Shown: one piece after another, positions 38,896 to 47,173 of the stretch
How the letters are laid out: every line of letters begins with the position of its first letter
Numbering within the stretch: position 1 is the first letter of the stretch
DNA from: Pseudomonadota bacterium
GTDB lineage: Bacteria > Pseudomonadota > Alphaproteobacteria > Rhodospirillales > 2-02-FULL-58-16
Length of the DNA stretch: 53,951 bases
NCBI GenBank assembly: GCA_022545455.1
Contig: JACZQZ010000001.1
Location: forward strand, 29,907 to 83,857
Reading direction: 5' to 3'
Program-made: the position numbers and the translations under genes
The notes under the pieces: model-generated
What the model was told of the DNA's origin: nothing
Seen by the model: only the letters and a program-made list of their open reading frames with translations
Databases searched by the model: none

Positions 38896-39351
38896 TACAC
38901 GGCTGCGTCCTTTTTGCCGGGCGCTGCGATCGCGCGCCAAGGGGGGCCGGGCGGCCGCCCCGGGGGAATCACGCCTGGTCCGAAGTATGGACCTGGTAAC
39001 CTTTCCAACTCGTAAATCCATTGCCCTTATTTCGGCTCCCCTCGGGCCATGTGATAGTGGGCGGCCGGCACTTCCGTTCGGCCCGCCGCGCCTTCAAAAT
39101 TCGCCGCGCCCCTTGTGCCCGGACTGGCGCAAGTTCGCCTGGGCCGGGAACGCGATGGCCGGGAACGACCCGGCGGCAAGGAAGAAGCGTCTGGTGACGG
39201 TCCCTTGCGGTGACGAAGCACGGCAGGAAAACTGGGCTCGAACGACCACTTCCGACCTTCCATAATCGTGCCTTGACGGTGTATCAGGCCCTCATCTTCA
39301 TGGCCGCGGAGGAGGGGCGGGATTGCGCTCCCGCCTCCGCGAATGTCAACA

Positions 39352-39906
39352 CTACCGGATGTCCCGGAAGCGGGCGCCGACCAGGTACAGGATGTTGTCA
39401 TCCATGCGCAGGGCGTAGTCGTACGCCGACAGGATCTTGCTGTCGGACGCCCGTATAAGCCGCACGTTCACATAGACCGAATCCGCGCCCACGGCGTAGG
39501 TGCCGGCGATGACCGCCTGGGCGCCCCGTGAGCGGCTGATTTCCCGCACATCCCGGGAAAGGATGAACTCTCCCTTGCCCTCCTCGATCAGAATCGAGTT
39601 GCGCAACTTCAACTCGGCGACCGTATAGCCGGAGGACACCAGCCGCGAAGAAATCTGCTCGGCTATGAGCCGCCCCAGTCCCGAAGACCTCTCGAGGCGG
39701 TTGATGCTGACCAGGCTCGTGACGAGGACCGGCTTTGTGCGATCCAGCCCGCCTTGGGGCGTCTGCACCAGACGGTCGGCGGCCGCATAGCTCGAGAAAA
39801 TCATGTCGTTGGCGGCCGTCGGTTCGACCATCCGGGGCGGCGGGTTGGAGCACGCCGGCAGAACCAGCAGCGCCACGACGGCCAAGGTTGCCTTTACGCG
39901 TTTCAT
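39352..39906 (-). CDS. FlgO-family outer-membrane lipoprotein (LpoB-like fold)
   Basis: Lipobox LLVLPAC, then LVTSLVSINRLERSSGLGRLIAEQISSRLVSSGYTVAELKLR...GEFILSRD...AQAVIAGTY...VYVNVRLI, matching the FlgO family pattern. Confidence 0.7.
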   Translation of the reverse strand: MKRVKATLAVVALLVLPACSNPPPRMVEPTAANDMIFSSYAAADRLVQTPQGGLDRTKPVLVTSLVSINRLERSSGLGRLIAEQISSRLVSSGYTVAELKLRNSILIEEGKGEFILSRDVREISRSRGAQAVIAGTYAVGADSVYVNVRLIRASDSKILSAYDYALRMDDNILYLVGARFRDIR

Positions 39907-39950
39907 ATCCTGATTCCCAGCTTTGTCCCAACCAATGGGTTCTGTTTCCA

Positions 39951-40994
39951 CTATCGCAAATAGATTTCGACCCGGCGGTTTTCCGGCCGGCGTTCACCGT
40001 CGCCCGTGGGGACGGCGGGTCGGTTTTCGCCGAAGAATTCGATCACCATGTTGTCCCGCGATACGTCGGCCCCGTTCAGGGCCCGGGCCACCGCTTCGGC
40101 GCGCCTTCTGGACAGCACCGTGTTGTAGCCCGCGGAGCCGGCGCGGTCGGTGTGACCGGCGGTGATCACGACGCTGGCGCTGGTTCGGCGCTGGCTGTCG
40201 GCGATCTTGGCCACCACCTTGGCGGCCGCATCATCAAGGTCGATACTGTCGAAGGCGAAGTAAACGGTAAACGGTCCAGCCTTCACGTCCGGCGGCGGCG
40301 CCGCCTGGACCGTCAGGGTGATGGAGTCCGGCGCCGCCTGGTTGTACGCCAGCGTCGTTTCGCCATCGACCACGGCGAACGGCCGCACCGGCAGCGAGAC
40401 CCGACCGACGGAATCGTAACGGCTTATCGGCAGGGGAGGTACCGTCGCCAGGTACTGGAAGAACTCGTCGTCATCGACATAGTACACTTGGGACTGCCGC
40501 ATCAGGAGTTTGCCGCCATCCAGAAGGGAGACCGTGATCATGACCTCGGAAAAGGCACCCAGGGACACGGTACCGGTATTGTCATGGCGTACCGGCTGGA
40601 CGGCGTAGTGGACGACGTAGGCGTCTTCCTTGTGGAGGACCACGTTGGCGCCGTTTTGCACCAGATTCGTCATCAGCAGCTCATGGAACGCCCGACCGAA
40701 CGGCATCACCGGATCGAGCGGTTCGACATAGAAGGAAACATTGTCGGCGAGCGCGAAGTCGGGCTCGATGAACGGTTCACCGGCGATCTCCGCCAGCCTG
40801 GCCGCCTCGTTGATCGCGCTGTCGCGCAGGCCGGTTATCCGCTTGGCGGTGTCGGCGGCGAGCGTCTGCCAATGGCTGGCCGTGTAAATGGTGGATTGCG
40901 CGGTTATCGGGTACCCCACGGGGGCCGGCGCGCACGCGAGTACGCCGAGCACCAGAACCGCCATCGGGAAAGTTCGGAATTGGAACATGATCAT
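39951..40994 (-). CDS. OmpA-family lipoprotein with unassigned ~230-aa N-terminal domain
   Basis: Lipobox GVLAC. The C-terminal OmpA-like domain reads FAFDSIDLDDAAA..., ITAGHTDRAGSAGYNTVLSRRRAEAV and ENRRVEI. Confidence 0.8.
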   Translation of the reverse strand: MIMFQFRTFPMAVLVLGVLACAPAPVGYPITAQSTIYTASHWQTLAADTAKRITGLRDSAINEAARLAEIAGEPFIEPDFALADNVSFYVEPLDPVMPFGRAFHELLMTNLVQNGANVVLHKEDAYVVHYAVQPVRHDNTGTVSLGAFSEVMITVSLLDGGKLLMRQSQVYYVDDDEFFQYLATVPPLPISRYDSVGRVSLPVRPFAVVDGETTLAYNQAAPDSITLTVQAAPPPDVKAGPFTVYFAFDSIDLDDAAAKVVAKIADSQRRTSASVVITAGHTDRAGSAGYNTVLSRRRAEAVARALNGADVSRDNMVIEFFGENRPAVPTGDGERRPENRRVEIYLR

Positions 40995-41099
40995 ACGTCC
41001 TCAGGGCCTGGCGTCGGCGCCGACAGGCCACTCCGGCAAGGTTACGCCCCGTGTCGCCGGCGCCCACGCCGGGCCACCGGCGGGCAATCGGGATGCGTG

Positions 41100-41260
41100 G
41101 ACGGATAGGGTAGGCAATAATGGTGGCGCATATCAACACTTTTATTTGCATATATAATGTATACAATTTGCATATAATTTTTTAATACAATTAAAAAGTA
41201 TTTTATATTTATCCAATTAATTGACTTACAAAGAAAAAGGTGGTTTTATTAAACACCGGT
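41100..41260. promoter_or_regulatory. Extremely AT-rich divergent promoter region with phased direct repeats
   Basis: ATTTGCATATA occurs at 41144-41154 and 41166-41176 (22-bp phasing), with a third GCATAT at 41128-41133. The surrounding DNA is almost pure A/T in an otherwise high-GC genome. Confidence 0.55.
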
Positions 41261-41418
41261 TAGGGATTCGGCGGGATACTCTTTTCGGACGGCCGACGCG
41301 CCGGCCCCGGAGACTTGAACCGCCCGCCGGTGTTCCTGCGAACGCCCCTCGGCGGCGAAGGGAAAAGGGTGCGAATCGGGGAGCCGGTTTGGGAGTTGAT
41401 GTGACGAGGCTGTAGGGC

Positions 41419-41910
41419 ATGCAAGACCGGCACGACACGGTGGGGCTCCAGGGGACGGGTGCCATGAATTCGGTTCTTCCGGCGATGGAACGCCGGTTGG
41501 TCCGGCGTCTGACGCAATACTGGCTGCAGCAGTGCGGGGAACGGGAATTCCCATGCCTGGACGACATCGACCACGATGCGATCAGAGATATCTGGCCCTC
41601 CTGTTTCCTCCTCGACACCGCGAGTAACCACAATTTTCCCTATTTCCACTACCTGGGCCCGTCCCTCGGCAGGTACGCCGGCGTCCTCCTTTGCGGACAA
41701 ACCGATTGGACGCTGACGCTCCTGGACAAGGCCGTGCGCAAGTACCGCGAGGCGCTTGCGCAACGCACCCCGGTCCTGACCGAGGAAGAGCTCATCCTTT
41801 GCAACGGCGGCACCCTGCTTTTTCGCAGCGTCCTGCTGCCCCTCAGCGACGACCAGGTGACGATCAACTTTCTCCTCGGAGCCGCCAACGGCATGGTCAG
41901 GCACGACTAA
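41419..41910 (+). CDS. PAS_5 (PF07310-type) domain protein
   Basis: LTQYWLQQCGEREFPCLDDIDHDAI...FLLD.....F.YLGPSLG......LLPLSDD...INFLLG fits the PAS_5 pattern of small alphaproteobacterial proteins. Met at 41464 is an alternative start. Confidence 0.7.
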   Translation: MQDRHDTVGLQGTGAMNSVLPAMERRLVRRLTQYWLQQCGEREFPCLDDIDHDAIRDIWPSCFLLDTASNHNFPYFHYLGPSLGRYAGVLLCGQTDWTLTLLDKAVRKYREALAQRTPVLTEEELILCNGGTLLFRSVLLPLSDDQVTINFLLGAANGMVRHD

Positions 41911-41995
41911 TGCACACCGGTGGCCGCGACGCCTGCGCGCACGGGCGGCCTTCCCGGTGGCGGCACCGGGGCCTTTGGGGGGCAGGAATGGGTTG

Positions 41996-42139
41996 TTACT
42001 GGGCGATCATTTCGTACCACGGCGCCAACCAGCCGTGGCGAACCCAACCGTCGACAATGCCGAGCACGGAATTTACGTCGATCACGACATTGAGCAACCA
42101 TCCTGTCAAAAATATCGATAGTATGCCAAATCTTCGCAT
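41996..42139 (-). CDS. Candidate 47-aa hydrophobic, Trp-rich small protein (below the ORF-track cutoff)
   Basis: My translation is MRRFGILSIFLTGWLLNVVIDVNSVLGIVDGWVRHGWLAPWYEMIAQ. One TM-like segment. The AT-rich tract 42140-42330 lies directly upstream. The SD is weak (GAGAAACGGAA). Confidence 0.3.
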   Translation of the reverse strand: MRRFGILSIFLTGWLLNVVIDVNSVLGIVDGWVRHGWLAPWYEMIAQ

Positions 42140-42330
42140 CGTTCCGTTTCTCTGGGGCATTCAGCCCAATGCAACTACATAATTATCATTACGGAAAGTT
42201 GTCCCGTCAAGTAAGAAATCATAAACAACGAGAAACTAACGACATTTATATTAACGTAAATCTTTAATAGAATTTTCGTTTATTTATTTTTATTAACGAA
42301 ATCTCTATAGATCACAAGAAAATCGGGTCC
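42140..42330. promoter_or_regulatory. Second extremely AT-rich tract with direct repeats
   Basis: TATTAACGTAAATCT (42249-42263) and TATTAACGAAATCT (42291-42304). It sits between the small ORF (minus) and the methyltransferase gene (plus). Confidence 0.5.
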
Positions 42331-42392
42331 GTCCATCCGGAAAGCCGGGTGCCCGCTTGCGGCGGGGGCCGAATTCGGGGCAGGCTGATGGG

Positions 42393-43010
42393 ATGGGGTT
42401 CTACGAAAAGCACGTCCTGCCCTGGGTGATCCACCTGGCCATGAAAAACAGGGAGGTGACCCGGTACCGAAAGCGGGTCATCCCGGCGGCGCGTGGCCGG
42501 GTGCTGGAGGTGGGAATCGGTTCGGGCCTGAACCTGCCCTTCTATTCCTCCGAGGTCGAGGCGGTGTACGCACTGGACCCCTCCGAGCGGCTCCTGGCCA
42601 TGGCCCGGAAGGCGGCGCGCAAGGCGCCCTTTGGCATCGAGCTGGTAGCCCGGTCGGCGGAGGAGATTCCGTGCGACGACAAGACCTTCGACAGCGTGGT
42701 CGTCACCTGGTCGCTGTGTTCCATTGCCGATGCGCCGAAGGCGCTGGGCGAAATGCGGCGGGTCCTCAGGCCCGACGGCGAGTTGATCTTCATCGAGCAC
42801 GGGCTGTCGTCCGAGCCGCGCATCGCGGCCTGGCAGAACCGCTTGAACCCCCTGTGGAAGCGCTGCGCCGGCGGGTGCAACCTGAACCGCCCGATGGATG
42901 TGCTGATCCGCGCCGCGGGCTTCCGCATCACCCGCCTGGAGACCGGATATCTGCTCAAGGGCCCGCGTCCCCTCACCTATCACTACGAAGGCCGGGCACG
43001 GCGCGGGTGA
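42393..43010 (+). CDS. Class I SAM-dependent methyltransferase (Methyltransf_11-like)
   Basis: Motif I is VLEVGIGSGLN. Later blocks are FDSVVVTWSLCS and LRPDGELIFIEH. The start is chosen at MGFYEKH. Confidence 0.85.
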   Translation: MGFYEKHVLPWVIHLAMKNREVTRYRKRVIPAARGRVLEVGIGSGLNLPFYSSEVEAVYALDPSERLLAMARKAARKAPFGIELVARSAEEIPCDDKTFDSVVVTWSLCSIADAPKALGEMRRVLRPDGELIFIEHGLSSEPRIAAWQNRLNPLWKRCAGGCNLNRPMDVLIRAAGFRITRLETGYLLKGPRPLTYHYEGRARRG

Positions 43011-43062
43011 ATCGCGCGCGGGGCCGCCCTCCCGACTGCCGCCCGGATCCGCCGGACGGCGG

Positions 43063-45432
43063 TCAGGGGCGCGCGTCGGCGGCGACGATCTTGCCGTATC
43101 CGGGCGAAAACTGCACGCTGGCCGGAAACAGCGCCCGCAACGCCTCGGGCGTCCCGACCACGGTGCGGTCGGGCCCGGCGCCGCCGGTCCCCGGGCCCGA
43201 CCCGGGGCCGTCGCCGATGACGATGCGTCCCCGGTCGACGGCTACGGTGCGGTACACGGGTCCGCCGAACCCGGAATGGATGCCGTGGAAGCCCGTGGCG
43301 TCAAAGCGCAGGCACCCGGCCTTCGCCGTGTCGTCGAGCCGGAACAGGCCCAGTTCGCGCCGCGCCGGTTCCCCGGAGCCGGCACGCGGCGCCGCGTGGG
43401 CGTGGACGGACCTGTAGGCTTCGCGGCGCCGGGGCGAGGGCGTGTAGACGTAGCTTCCCGGGTCGGCCAGCCAATCGACGCCGTCCACGTTCAGTTCCAC
43501 GGCCAACTGGTCATGGTGGGCGTGGCCGCCGTTTCCGTTCTGGCCGATGGGTCCGCAGCGCACCGACAGGAACAGGCGTGGCGAGCGCCAGATGAACAGG
43601 CCGAAGTCCAAATATGCAACAGCCGTCAGGCCGTCGAGCACGGAGGGGTCGGGGAGCTCGACGACGATCTCGCGCGCCGGCACCGTCTCCGCCGGCCCAT
43701 TGTCCGCCGGCGCTCCGCCGGCCCGGGATACGCGGCTTTCCCCGGCCCCGGGCGGCTCCCCCTCGCCCAGGTAGCTGGCGATCGTCCGCCCGCCCGCCAG
43801 GCCGGCCGCCACCGCCGTCTCCACCGCCCCGCGCCGGCCGGCGAAGGCGGCGAAATCGCTCCTCGCGAACAGGCCGTTGATGGCCCCCACGACACCCCGG
43901 TGATCGAGGGGCTCCTCGTCCCAGTAGGGCTGGTCGTCCGAAAGATCGTCGTACCCCGCCAGGTTGGCCAGGGTTCGCCGGGCCTCGCCCGCCGTCATCC
44001 GCCGGTAGAGGGGGCAAAGCTTGAAGAAACGGCCGCTGTCGGTGTCTCCGATCTGGACCGGCCGGCCGTCGGGCTTGGTCACGTGAATGGAGAACTCGGC
44101 CATGCGTTCCAGGCGCTCGAAGTACCAGGGAGGGAAGGGCGACCGCGGCGCCTCCGCGCCGGGCGCGTCCCCGGCCCCGGGCAGGGGGTGCATTTCCACC
44201 GGGGCGGGGGGCAATGCCGGGTGGTGGCGCCAGGGCCGGCTGTCGTATTCGGCCAGGGCCGCCGTCTTGTCCCGGGGCAGGCCGAGGACCAGGGCCGTGG
44301 CATAGATCGCCATCTCGGCGGATAAACGGTGGTACCCGGTGGAGGCCTCGAAGTTGGCGCCGTCGGGGGTGAACTGCCGTTCCACCTCGGCGATCAACTG
44401 GCGCACGGCGAAGGCGAGCCAACGGTCGGTTTCCGGGGTGCGCGGCAGATAGGCGGCGACGAACAGAAGCCCCGCGATCCCGGCCAGATAGTGGTTCGCC
44501 CGGTGCGCCTCGCTCCCTTCCGGATTGTTCACGATGTGGCGCCCGTGCGCCTCCACCGCGGCGGTGAATTCGCCCATGAAGGCGGCATCGAAGCGGGCGC
44601 CGTGGCGCCGGAACAGGTCCAACGCCAGCAACAGGTTGGCGGCGCGGATCGCCACCTCCATGGTCGAGTACCAGTTGACGCCGAACCGGGGCGGATTGGC
44701 GGCGAGAAAATCGAGGACCTGGTTGCGGAACTCCGACGCATACGTCTCCGGCGCCTCGAAGCCGGCCTCCTTCGCCCGTGCCCCGATGTAGGCCCAGGCC
44801 AGTTGGACCAGGTGCTGGAGACGGGCCAGTTCCCAGGGCGCCTTGACGTCGACGCCGGGCTCGTGGCCGAAGCGGATGGTTCTGTACCAGCGGCGCGCCG
44901 ACCAGCGGTAGCCGGACTTGAAGTCGATCTGCCAGTCGATGGGCCGGTAGTCCGGGTCCGTCAGGCGCCGAATGGCGCGGGCCCGGGCGCGGTTGCCCGG
45001 CGATACGGCCGAGGCCGACGGCGCCCCGCCGTCCTCCGCCGAGGCCGACGGCGCCCCGCCGTCCTCCGCCGAGGCCGATGGCGCGACGGGAGGATAGCGG
45101 TGCCCCTCGAAACCACGGCACCGCATCCCGTGCTCGACCCGCACCCAGCCCGAGCCGAGCAGGTCGAAGCGGTGGTCCAGGTACTGCCCGGTGACGGCGG
45201 CGATGGGTTCCCACTGGGGGGCGAGCACCGCCGCCGCCATCTCCGGCGCGTAGCCGCCGAGCGCCCGCGGCTGGCCGTCCTTCGCCGGCTCGTAGGTGGA
45301 GCGGAAGTACGCCCCCGCCTGGCGTCCGTACGCACCCAGCAGCCGCCGTCCGAGCCGCCAGCCGTGGACGGCGGCGGCACCGGGCGCCAGGGTGCGCGCG
45401 TACCTGAACAGATGACCCAGGCTCATGGACAA
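43063..45432 (-). CDS. Heparinase II/III-family (alginate-lyase-like N-domain) protein
   Basis: 789 aa. Motifs: PWELARLQHL, NWYSTMEVAIRAANLL, RANHYLAGIAGLLFVA, GANFEASTGYHR and GGHAHHDQLAVEL. Confidence 0.8.
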   Translation of the reverse strand: MSMSLGHLFRYARTLAPGAAAVHGWRLGRRLLGAYGRQAGAYFRSTYEPAKDGQPRALGGYAPEMAAAVLAPQWEPIAAVTGQYLDHRFDLLGSGWVRVEHGMRCRGFEGHRYPPVAPSASAEDGGAPSASAEDGGAPSASAVSPGNRARARAIRRLTDPDYRPIDWQIDFKSGYRWSARRWYRTIRFGHEPGVDVKAPWELARLQHLVQLAWAYIGARAKEAGFEAPETYASEFRNQVLDFLAANPPRFGVNWYSTMEVAIRAANLLLALDLFRRHGARFDAAFMGEFTAAVEAHGRHIVNNPEGSEAHRANHYLAGIAGLLFVAAYLPRTPETDRWLAFAVRQLIAEVERQFTPDGANFEASTGYHRLSAEMAIYATALVLGLPRDKTAALAEYDSRPWRHHPALPPAPVEMHPLPGAGDAPGAEAPRSPFPPWYFERLERMAEFSIHVTKPDGRPVQIGDTDSGRFFKLCPLYRRMTAGEARRTLANLAGYDDLSDDQPYWDEEPLDHRGVVGAINGLFARSDFAAFAGRRGAVETAVAAGLAGGRTIASYLGEGEPPGAGESRVSRAGGAPADNGPAETVPAREIVVELPDPSVLDGLTAVAYLDFGLFIWRSPRLFLSVRCGPIGQNGNGGHAHHDQLAVELNVDGVDWLADPGSYVYTPSPRRREAYRSVHAHAAPRAGSGEPARRELGLFRLDDTAKAGCLRFDATGFHGIHSGFGGPVYRTVAVDRGRIVIGDGPGSGPGTGGAGPDRTVVGTPEALRALFPASVQFSPGYGKIVAADARP
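45011..45084. repeat. 30-bp in-frame tandem repeat (2.5 copies) inside the heparinase-family gene
   Basis: GAGGCCGACGGCGCCCCGCCGTCCTCCGCC occurs twice plus a partial third copy. It encodes PSASAEDGGA-PSASAEDGGA-PSASA on the minus strand. Confidence 0.9.
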
Positions 45433-45545
45433 CGCTCCCGGAAAGAACCGCGCGGTCCCGGCCAGGGCCGGTCCTTTCCCGTCACCACGGGGCGCGTCCC
45501 TTTTCCATGCTCCCCACGTCCGTGGAGTGCCGCGGCGGCCCGGGC

Positions 45546-46241
45546 TCAGCCCAGATTGGCCTTCAGGAACTCCACCGTCCGACCGTTGGCGAGGTCGGCC
45601 GTGGCCTTGTCGTAGTGCTCGCCGCCGACCCGGGCGAAGGCGTGGCCATGGCCCTCGTAGTCGTGGAGGGTGACCTTCGGGTTGCCCTCCAGCGCCGCCC
45701 GCACCTTGGCCTGGCTTTCCTTCGACGAAAACTCGTCCTCGCTGGCCACGTGCAGCATCAGCGGGCTCGTGATGGTCTCGTCCACGTGCTCATCCAGGGC
45801 GACGCCGTAATAGCCGACCGCGGCGTCCGCATGGGTGCGTGTCGCCGTCAGATAGGCGAGCCGCCCGCCCAGGCAAAACCCCACCGTGCCCACCTTGCCC
45901 GAACAGCCCTCGAGGCCGCGCAGGGTTTCGATCGTGCTGTCGAGGTCGGCGACGCCTTTTTCCAGGTCGAAGCCCTGGAACAGCTCGAACGCCCGCGCCC
46001 ACTCCTCGTCGGTCTGGTCGGTGATCTGGATGCCCGGCTCCTGGCGCCAGAAGAGATCGGGACACAACGCCATGAACCCTTCGCCGGCCAGCCCGTCGGT
46101 GAGGCCGCGCATGACCGCGTTGACGCCGAAGATTTCCTGGATCACCACGACTCCGGCATCGCCGCCCGAGGCCGGGGCCGCGAGATAGCCCATGAACTCC
46201 CCGCCGTCGGCCGCCGTGATGGTGATTTCCTTGCCGCTCAT
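45546..46241 (-). CDS. Dienelactone hydrolase family protein
   Basis: 231 aa from the internal Met preceded by GGGAGGA. Motifs: VVVIQEIFGVN, nucleophile GFCLGG, and HGF-type C-terminus (YEGHGHAF). The ORF extension to 46463 runs through a repeat. Confidence 0.9.
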   Translation of the reverse strand: MSGKEITITAADGGEFMGYLAAPASGGDAGVVVIQEIFGVNAVMRGLTDGLAGEGFMALCPDLFWRQEPGIQITDQTDEEWARAFELFQGFDLEKGVADLDSTIETLRGLEGCSGKVGTVGFCLGGRLAYLTATRTHADAAVGYYGVALDEHVDETITSPLMLHVASEDEFSSKESQAKVRAALEGNPKVTLHDYEGHGHAFARVGGEHYDKATADLANGRTVEFLKANLG

Positions 46242-46355
46242 GGAACAGTCCTCCCCTGGGTGTCGTCGTGGCGCCGGTACCGGTACGACCGGCGCTTTCC
46301 CGGTGAATGCCTCGGCCGGGGCGATGGTAACATGATTTCGCCGCTGCCTGTCATG

Positions 46356-46475
46356 CCCGGGGGCCGCGGGGGCGTCCCCCGCAAAATGTATCCGGGGGGA
46401 CACCCCCCGTTTCCCCCCGGGGGCCGCGGGGGCGTCCCCCGCAAAATGTATCCGGGGGGACACCCCCCGTTTCCC
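46356..46475. repeat. Exact 60-bp tandem duplication carrying the GGGGGACACCCCCC hairpin
   Basis: The unit is CCCGGGGGCCGCGGGGGCGTCCCCCGCAAAATGTATCCGGGGGGACACCCCCCGTTTCC, present twice. Its core is near-identical to 36653-36708. Confidence 0.9.
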
Positions 46476-47155
46476 CCCGGGGCCCGGTGCCGGGCCGCCC
46501 CTCGGTGCGCCGCAGCACGCCGCGCCATTCCTCCCGGCCGAGCCAGCGGAAGCGCCTGAGCGTCACGCCGCCCATTGCCCAAAGCCCGCAGAACGTCACC
46601 ACCACGGCCGTCAGCTCGCGAAGGTAGAGCGCCGCGGCGCCGCTGCCCTTCAGCACCAGGACGACGGAAACCAGGTGGGCGGCGATGACGCCCGAGGTTT
46701 CCACGACCCCGAGTTTCACGTAGCGCATATGCCGTTCGTAGAACGCCCTGTTGGGGCCGATCCAGTGCTGGCAGCAGACGACGGCGACGAGAAGCATGGA
46801 CCACGACCGTCGGCCAGGCATAGGCCACCCACGCCAGCCCGAGGACCAGGGCGAGTACGGTCTCGATGGCCAACACGTTGAAATAGCGCTCCTGGAGCGC
46901 CTGGGTGAACGCCTTGGCCGGGGTGCGTATGATGAGCGTGCCGACGCGCAGCGAAACGATCGACAGCACCAGGGACGCGCCGGCGTAGACGACGGCGAAG
47001 CGCCCGAACTCCGCCGGCGCCATATGGCGCACGAGCACCAGGTTCGCCGCGAACGCGACCAGGGCCTGGATGACCTGTCCGGTCACCATCACCGTGGCGC
47101 CGGCCTTCGAACCGCGGGTATCGACCAATGCCTTTCGCCGCATTTCCCTGTACAA
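46476..47155 (-). pseudogene. Truncated and frameshifted polysaccharide flippase (Wzx/Polysacc_synt family)
   Basis: The N-terminal TM region is in one frame (...VIQALVAFAANLVLVRHMAPAEFGRFAVVYAG...AYAWPTVV). It continues in another frame from ~46800 (SMLLVAVVCCQHW..FYERHMRYVKLGVVETSGVIAAHLV...). It ends in the 60-bp repeats. About half of a normal flippase is missing. Confidence 0.65.
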
Positions 47156-47173
47156 TCATGCCGTATATTCCGA

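Noticed and set aside
46356-46475. Possible CRISPR array (direct repeats with G/C-rich palindromes).
   Set aside because: There are only two units, directly abutting with no spacers. The unit is the core of a dispersed palindromic element, and no cas genes are present.
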